Source: Phycisphaeraceae bacterium (GTDB lineage: Bacteria > Planctomycetota > Phycisphaerae > Phycisphaerales > Phycisphaeraceae). From it: a stretch of 64,000 nt of DNA. The stretch covers positions 8,822 through 72,821 of the forward strand of contig JADLAP010000081.1 in NCBI GenBank assembly GCA_020848195.1. The letters run 5' to 3'. Position 1 is the first letter of the stretch; each line of letters opens with the position of its first letter. Positions 60,410-64,000 of the stretch are shown here, piece by piece. Below the pieces are notes generated by a model. The model saw nothing but the letters and a program-made list of their open reading frames with translations, ran no database searches and was not told the DNA's origin. Position numbers and translations under genes: made by a program.

Positions 60410-62700
60410 GATCGGCTCTCCTTCCCGGCCTCAGGCGTCGGTGTCGGTGTCGGCACCGGTGTCGGCGTCAGGACTGGCGTCGGCGCCGGCGTCACGCGAT
60501 CTCCGACGCTTCCCGCGGGACGTTCCTCTTCCTTCTTGCGTGCTTCTTCCGGCGAAATGATCTGAATGGTCCAGGTGACGACGAACTGCCAGTCGTTGCC
60601 GGCGTTTTCGTCCGCCAGGGGCCGGGAGGGCAGGATCGATTTCCAGGACTCGGCGCTGAGCGTGGGCGTGGCCGATCCGCCGTCGCCTTCCGGTCTTTCC
60701 ACCAGATTGGCAGGCACATTCAGCGCCGCGGGCCTGCGGCCGGTCTGCTGGCCGCCAATTCTGGGTATCGGCGCCGACACCGGCGCGGGCGTCGCCGCGG
60801 GAGTCGATCGGGAACCGCTGCTCAGGTGCGGCGCGACGACGTATTTCACGCTGTCCGGCATCACGCGATACGGACGATCCGTCCGGTTTTCGCTTTCCTT
60901 GGCCCATTCGTGCAGATGTTTGAGTACGAATTCCGGGCCGTTCTTGTACGACGTGGTGCCTTCCAGCGTGATCTCGAACGTCGGCATCGGCTTGGAGCCG
61001 TCCGGATTGGTCTGCGGCTCCTGCGGCTGCGATTCCATGCCCGGCTGCATACCCGGTTGCATGCCCGGCTGCATCCCCGGCATGCCGGGCATTCCCGGCG
61101 GCATACCCGGCATTCCGCCCGGTCCGCCTTCGCCGCCGCCCATGATTTCCTCCAGCGACATGCCGCGCATCGGCATGCCCGAGGATCGCGCCGAGCCGCC
61201 GCTGCTGCGCGCCGAGCCGTACTTGTACACCGTCGTGAATTTGTCCACGACGATGCGCTTACGCTCGTTGCGGGGAATCTTGGCGATCGCCTCGTAGTCG
61301 CCGCTCATCAGGCCCGGCTGCGGACCGTAGGATGCGAACGCCATATCCAGGTCGGCGATCAGCTTCGGCCAGACGTCGCGGTAGTCGAGGATGCGGCGGA
61401 GGTTTTCAATCTGCTGACGCGGGTCGGCGGAGGTTTCAATGCTCGTCCAGTTGTTGATGAGCTGTTGAGCGCGACTGATGGTTTCCTGGATGCGCGGCTT
61501 GGCCTGCTCGAAGCTCGATTCATACGAATGCTTGGCGGTCCACAACTTCATGGCGGCAGCGCCGGACGCGGTGACCATCAGCGCCGCCGCCGCGCCCATC
61601 CACGGCTGCTTCGCGCGCCAGAACCGCCGACGCAGCGTCTCATACGGCAGTATGTTCGCGCTGACCTTCTCCAGGCTCAGTCCCTGCAGCGCCAGGCCGT
61701 AAGCGGTGGCCATGTTCAGCGCGTGTTCCGCGAACTCCGTTTCCTGTTTGCCGTCCATCTCCACCTGCGCGAAGCTGTCCAGCCGCTGCACGTCGATCTG
61801 CAACTGCTGCTTGAGGAACTTCGCCATGCCCGGCAGACGGAACGTCGAACCCACGCCCACGAGCTTGGTCAGCTTCGCGTCGCGGTTGAGCGATTGATAG
61901 AAGCCCAGCGAGCGCTGCATTTCCTGCACGAGATCGGCAAACACCGGTCTCATCGCCTGGAAAATCTGCCTCGCATATTTGCTCGTGCCTGCTTCCCGCT
62001 TGAGCTTCTCCGCCTTGGGGAAACTCAGCTTGAACGCGCGGATCAAGGCGTCGGTGAAGTTGTTCCCGCCGATCGGCAGCGTGCGAAGCCAGAGATGGCC
62101 CTGCTCCACGATGATCACGTCCGTGCTCGTGGAGCCGATGTCCATGACGATCACGCCCGGCGCTTCAGGCCCAAGCTCCATGTCGTGCACCAGCGCGTTG
62201 TACACCGCCAGGGGCGAGAGCGTCAGGCCGTGCACCGTCAGGCCCACCGCGTTGTAGTTCTCCAGATAGTCCGTCACGCGGTCCTTGGTGATGGCGAAGA
62301 TGCCGACTTCCACGTCCGGGTTGTCCGGCTCCTGAAAAACCTGATAGTCCCATTCCACCTGCTCAATGGGAAACGGAATCTGCTGCACCGCCTCGAAGCG
62401 CACAATGTCGGGAATCCGCTTGGGATCCACCGGCGGCAGCTTGGCGAAACGGGCAAAAGCCATGTGACCCGGCACGGAAACGACCACGGAACTGCGGCCC
62501 ACGGAATGGCGCGAAAGGAACTGGTCCAGATTGACCTGGATCGCTTCGTTGACGTTGAGATCGGGCGTGGTCAGGATTTTCTTGAACGGCAGAACGTCGT
62601 AGTCCGCCAGCGTGATCGTCTCGCCCTTCTTCACGAGGCGAATGGCTTTGATCGCATTGGCGCCGACCTCGATTCCCCAGCAGTCGTTCTTTTTGGGCAT
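60406..62700 (-). CDS. PilM (actin-like ATPase) fused to a PilN-like transmembrane/coiled-coil region and a long low-complexity periplasmic extension (GspL-like topology)
   Basis: Track ORF 60406..62706 (TTG); ATG at 62700. WGIEVGANAIKAIRL..., VIVMDIGSTSTDVIIV, LPIGGNNFTDAL, LVGVGSTFRLPGMAKFLKQQL. TM segment MGAAAALMVTASGAAAM. PGM/QPGM and TP repeats. Confidence 0.8.
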   Translation of the reverse strand: MPKKNDCWGIEVGANAIKAIRLVKKGETITLADYDVLPFKKILTTPDLNVNEAIQVNLDQFLSRHSVGRSSVVVSVPGHMAFARFAKLPPVDPKRIPDIVRFEAVQQIPFPIEQVEWDYQVFQEPDNPDVEVGIFAITKDRVTDYLENYNAVGLTVHGLTLSPLAVYNALVHDMELGPEAPGVIVMDIGSTSTDVIIVEQGHLWLRTLPIGGNNFTDALIRAFKLSFPKAEKLKREAGTSKYARQIFQAMRPVFADLVQEMQRSLGFYQSLNRDAKLTKLVGVGSTFRLPGMAKFLKQQLQIDVQRLDSFAQVEMDGKQETEFAEHALNMATAYGLALQGLSLEKVSANILPYETLRRRFWRAKQPWMGAAAALMVTASGAAAMKLWTAKHSYESSFEQAKPRIQETISRAQQLINNWTSIETSADPRQQIENLRRILDYRDVWPKLIADLDMAFASYGPQPGLMSGDYEAIAKIPRNERKRIVVDKFTTVYKYGSARSSGGSARSSGMPMRGMSLEEIMGGGEGGPGGMPGMPPGMPGMPGMQPGMQPGMQPGMESQPQEPQTNPDGSKPMPTFEITLEGTTSYKNGPEFVLKHLHEWAKESENRTDRPYRVMPDSVKYVVAPHLSSGSRSTPAATPAPVSAPIPRIGGQQTGRRPAALNVPANLVERPEGDGGSATPTLSAESWKSILPSRPLADENAGNDWQFVVTWTIQIISPEEARKKEEERPAGSVGDRVTPAPTPVLTPTPVPTPTPTPEAGKESRS
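61036..61128 (-). repeat. in-frame tandem micro-repeats encoding (M/Q)PG(M) units
   Basis: The plus strand reads CATGCCCGGCTG CATACCCGGTTG CATGCCCGGCTG CATCCCCGG CATGCCGGG CATTCCCGGCGG CATACCCGG CATTCC..., giving GMPGMPPGMPGMPGMQPGMQPGMQPGM. Confidence 0.7.
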
Positions 62701-63088
62701 GTTCAATTTCCTGGGCCGGTCGAGGACGTTGCAACTACTTCATGCGAAGACACTGAACCCCCGCGAGGCCCCGACAGCCGCGTCACCAACCCACCACCTC
62801 CGGCGGCTGCCTGTTCGACGCCAAGCGCCTCAGGAGCCGGACTTGCCGCCACCGGGCATGTCGTTTGCCATGGAAACGCCATCTGCCTCTCAAATCATTA
62901 AACTCCACCTACTTCCATCGGTCAAGATGACAGTTCGTTCCCTGGAGTCCCGTTGCGGGATTCCCGCTTCAATTGCAGCCGGTCGCCATCCTCAGTAATG
63001 TGGCCAAGCTGTTGTAAACCGCGTGCGGAGACCTGCCGTCTTCCCTGGATCCCTCACCAGCCCCCCCTCTCGACGAGTGCCCCCCAAC

Positions 63089-64000
63089 ATGAACGACCGT
63101 GATCGCTTTATCGCTGTGATGAACTACCAGCCTGTCGACCGGCTGCCGATCAAGCTGGTCGGTCCCTGGCCCCAGACGCTGGCCCGGTGGCGCGGCGAAG
63201 GCCTGGCCGACGGCGAGGATGTGCACGCGCTGATGGGCATCCAGTCCCTCCACAGCGCCAACCTCAGCGGCAACACCGGCATCCATCCCGCCTATGAACA
63301 GCGACTGATCCGGCAGGACGACGAGTTCATCATCAGCATCGACAGCTATGGCCGCACGCAGAAAGTGTTCAAGGAACATGAATCCATGCCGGAATGGATC
63401 GATTTTCCCGTGGTGGACCGGGAAACGTTCCGGCGTGCCCTGGATGAGCATTTCGACGTGTCGGACATGGACGCCCGGTACGACGCCGCGTGTCTTGAGC
63501 GGGCGGCTCAGCGGCGAGGCGAGGACGTGCTGACCGTCCTCGACGGCGGCTGCTACTACTGGACCCTGCGATCGCTCACCGGCGTGGAAAACGCCAGCTT
63601 CCTCCTCCACGACGCCACGGACCTCGTGGACGAGCTGTTCGAGCGGATCAACACCGTCTGCATCGAGGGCATCCGGCGAATTGCGAAGCTGACGCGGATC
63701 GACGTGCTGGGCTTCGGAGAGGACATCGCGTTCAAGACCGGGCCGCTGCTGTCGCCGGACATGTTTCGCCGGCTGATTCTGCCCCGCTACCGGAAGGTGG
63801 TGAAGGAGGCGCGTGAGCATGGGATTCATCTGACGTGGTACGACAGCGACGGGGATTTGCGGATGCTGCTTCCGGACTGCATGGAAGCAGGGATCGACTG
63901 CGTGGCGCCGTGCGAGGTGGCGGCGAACATGGATCCGGTGGCGCTTCGCCGGACGTTCGGGCGTGGCCTTCGCATGATTGGGGGCGTGGACAAGCGGCGG
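63089..64000 (+). CDS. uroporphyrinogen-decarboxylase (URO-D) family protein, partial (runs off the right edge)
   Basis: Own translation from the ATG at 63089: MNDRDRFIAVMNYQPVDRLPIK...VLGFGEDIAFKTGPLLSPDMFRRLILPRYRKVVKEAREHGIHLTWYDSDGDLRMLLPDCMEAGIDCVAPCE..., open to position 64000. Track ORF 62969..63829 on the minus strand is antisense to it. Confidence 0.75.
   Translation, partial: MNDRDRFIAVMNYQPVDRLPIKLVGPWPQTLARWRGEGLADGEDVHALMGIQSLHSANLSGNTGIHPAYEQRLIRQDDEFIISIDSYGRTQKVFKEHESMPEWIDFPVVDRETFRRALDEHFDVSDMDARYDAACLERAAQRRGEDVLTVLDGGCYYWTLRSLTGVENASFLLHDATDLVDELFERINTVCIEGIRRIAKLTRIDVLGFGEDIAFKTGPLLSPDMFRRLILPRYRKVVKEAREHGIHLTWYDSDGDLRMLLPDCMEAGIDCVAPCEVAANMDPVALRRTFGRGLRMIGGVDKRR

Noticed and set aside
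58688-63829. ORFs 58688..60565 (+), 60826..62901 (+) and 62969..63829 (-)
   Set aside because: They are antisense to the PilO-like gene, the PilM/N fusion and the URO-D-family gene respectively.

Overview
High-GC (roughly two thirds G+C by eye) bacterial chromosomal window. Gene content points to Planctomycetota, possibly Phycisphaerae-like: four DUF1559-type proteins with a prepilin leader ([14 protein letters not shown]), a PEP-CTERM protein, giant secreted CAZyme-like proteins and dense REP-like palindromes. I support about 45 CDS. Housekeeping anchors are nuoH, an hpf-like gene, argH and fumC. Main blocks: (i) an ECF sigma / anti-sigma / secreted-protein trio (2.2-4.2 kb). (ii) Two similarly built minus-strand modules, LacI regulator -> DUF1559 pseudopilin-like gene(s) -> very large secreted glycan-active-looking enzymes (8.9-19.4 kb and 39.1-47.8 kb), with a GH116 gene next to the first. 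(iii) An accessory hot spot at 22.2-24.7 kb: a RAYT-type Y1 transposase flanked by perfect 33-nt inverted repeats, next to a low-GC orphan gene bracketed by a ~104-nt duplication of the 3' end of the neighbouring giant PQQ/TPR gene. (iv) A hicBA cassette inserted the same way into the 3' end of an RND/MMPL exporter gene (32.5-33.1 kb). (v) A small lower-GC islet (49.4-50.9 kb). (vi) A lipid-carrier-type sugar modification cluster: C-methyltransferase, 4,6-dehydratase-like SDR, GT2::methyltransferase fusion and GT-C membrane transferase (50.9-56.3 kb). (vii) An expanded PilM/N-PilO-PilP-like three-gene operon with no secretin or ATPase nearby (57.0-62.7 kb). At least four related REP/REPIN families sharing a CGAGCCGC core are scattered through intergenic regions. 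I saw no rRNA, tRNA or CRISPR array. Most long track ORFs lying opposite these genes are GC-driven antisense artefacts. The best candidates for something new are the low-GC glycine-zipper cargo gene with its 3'-end-duplication insertion footprint, the recurrent LacI-DUF1559-enzyme architecture, the secretin-less PilMNOP-like operon and the C-methyl-sugar / GT-C cluster. All family names come from reading motifs by eye and from memory; no database search was possible.
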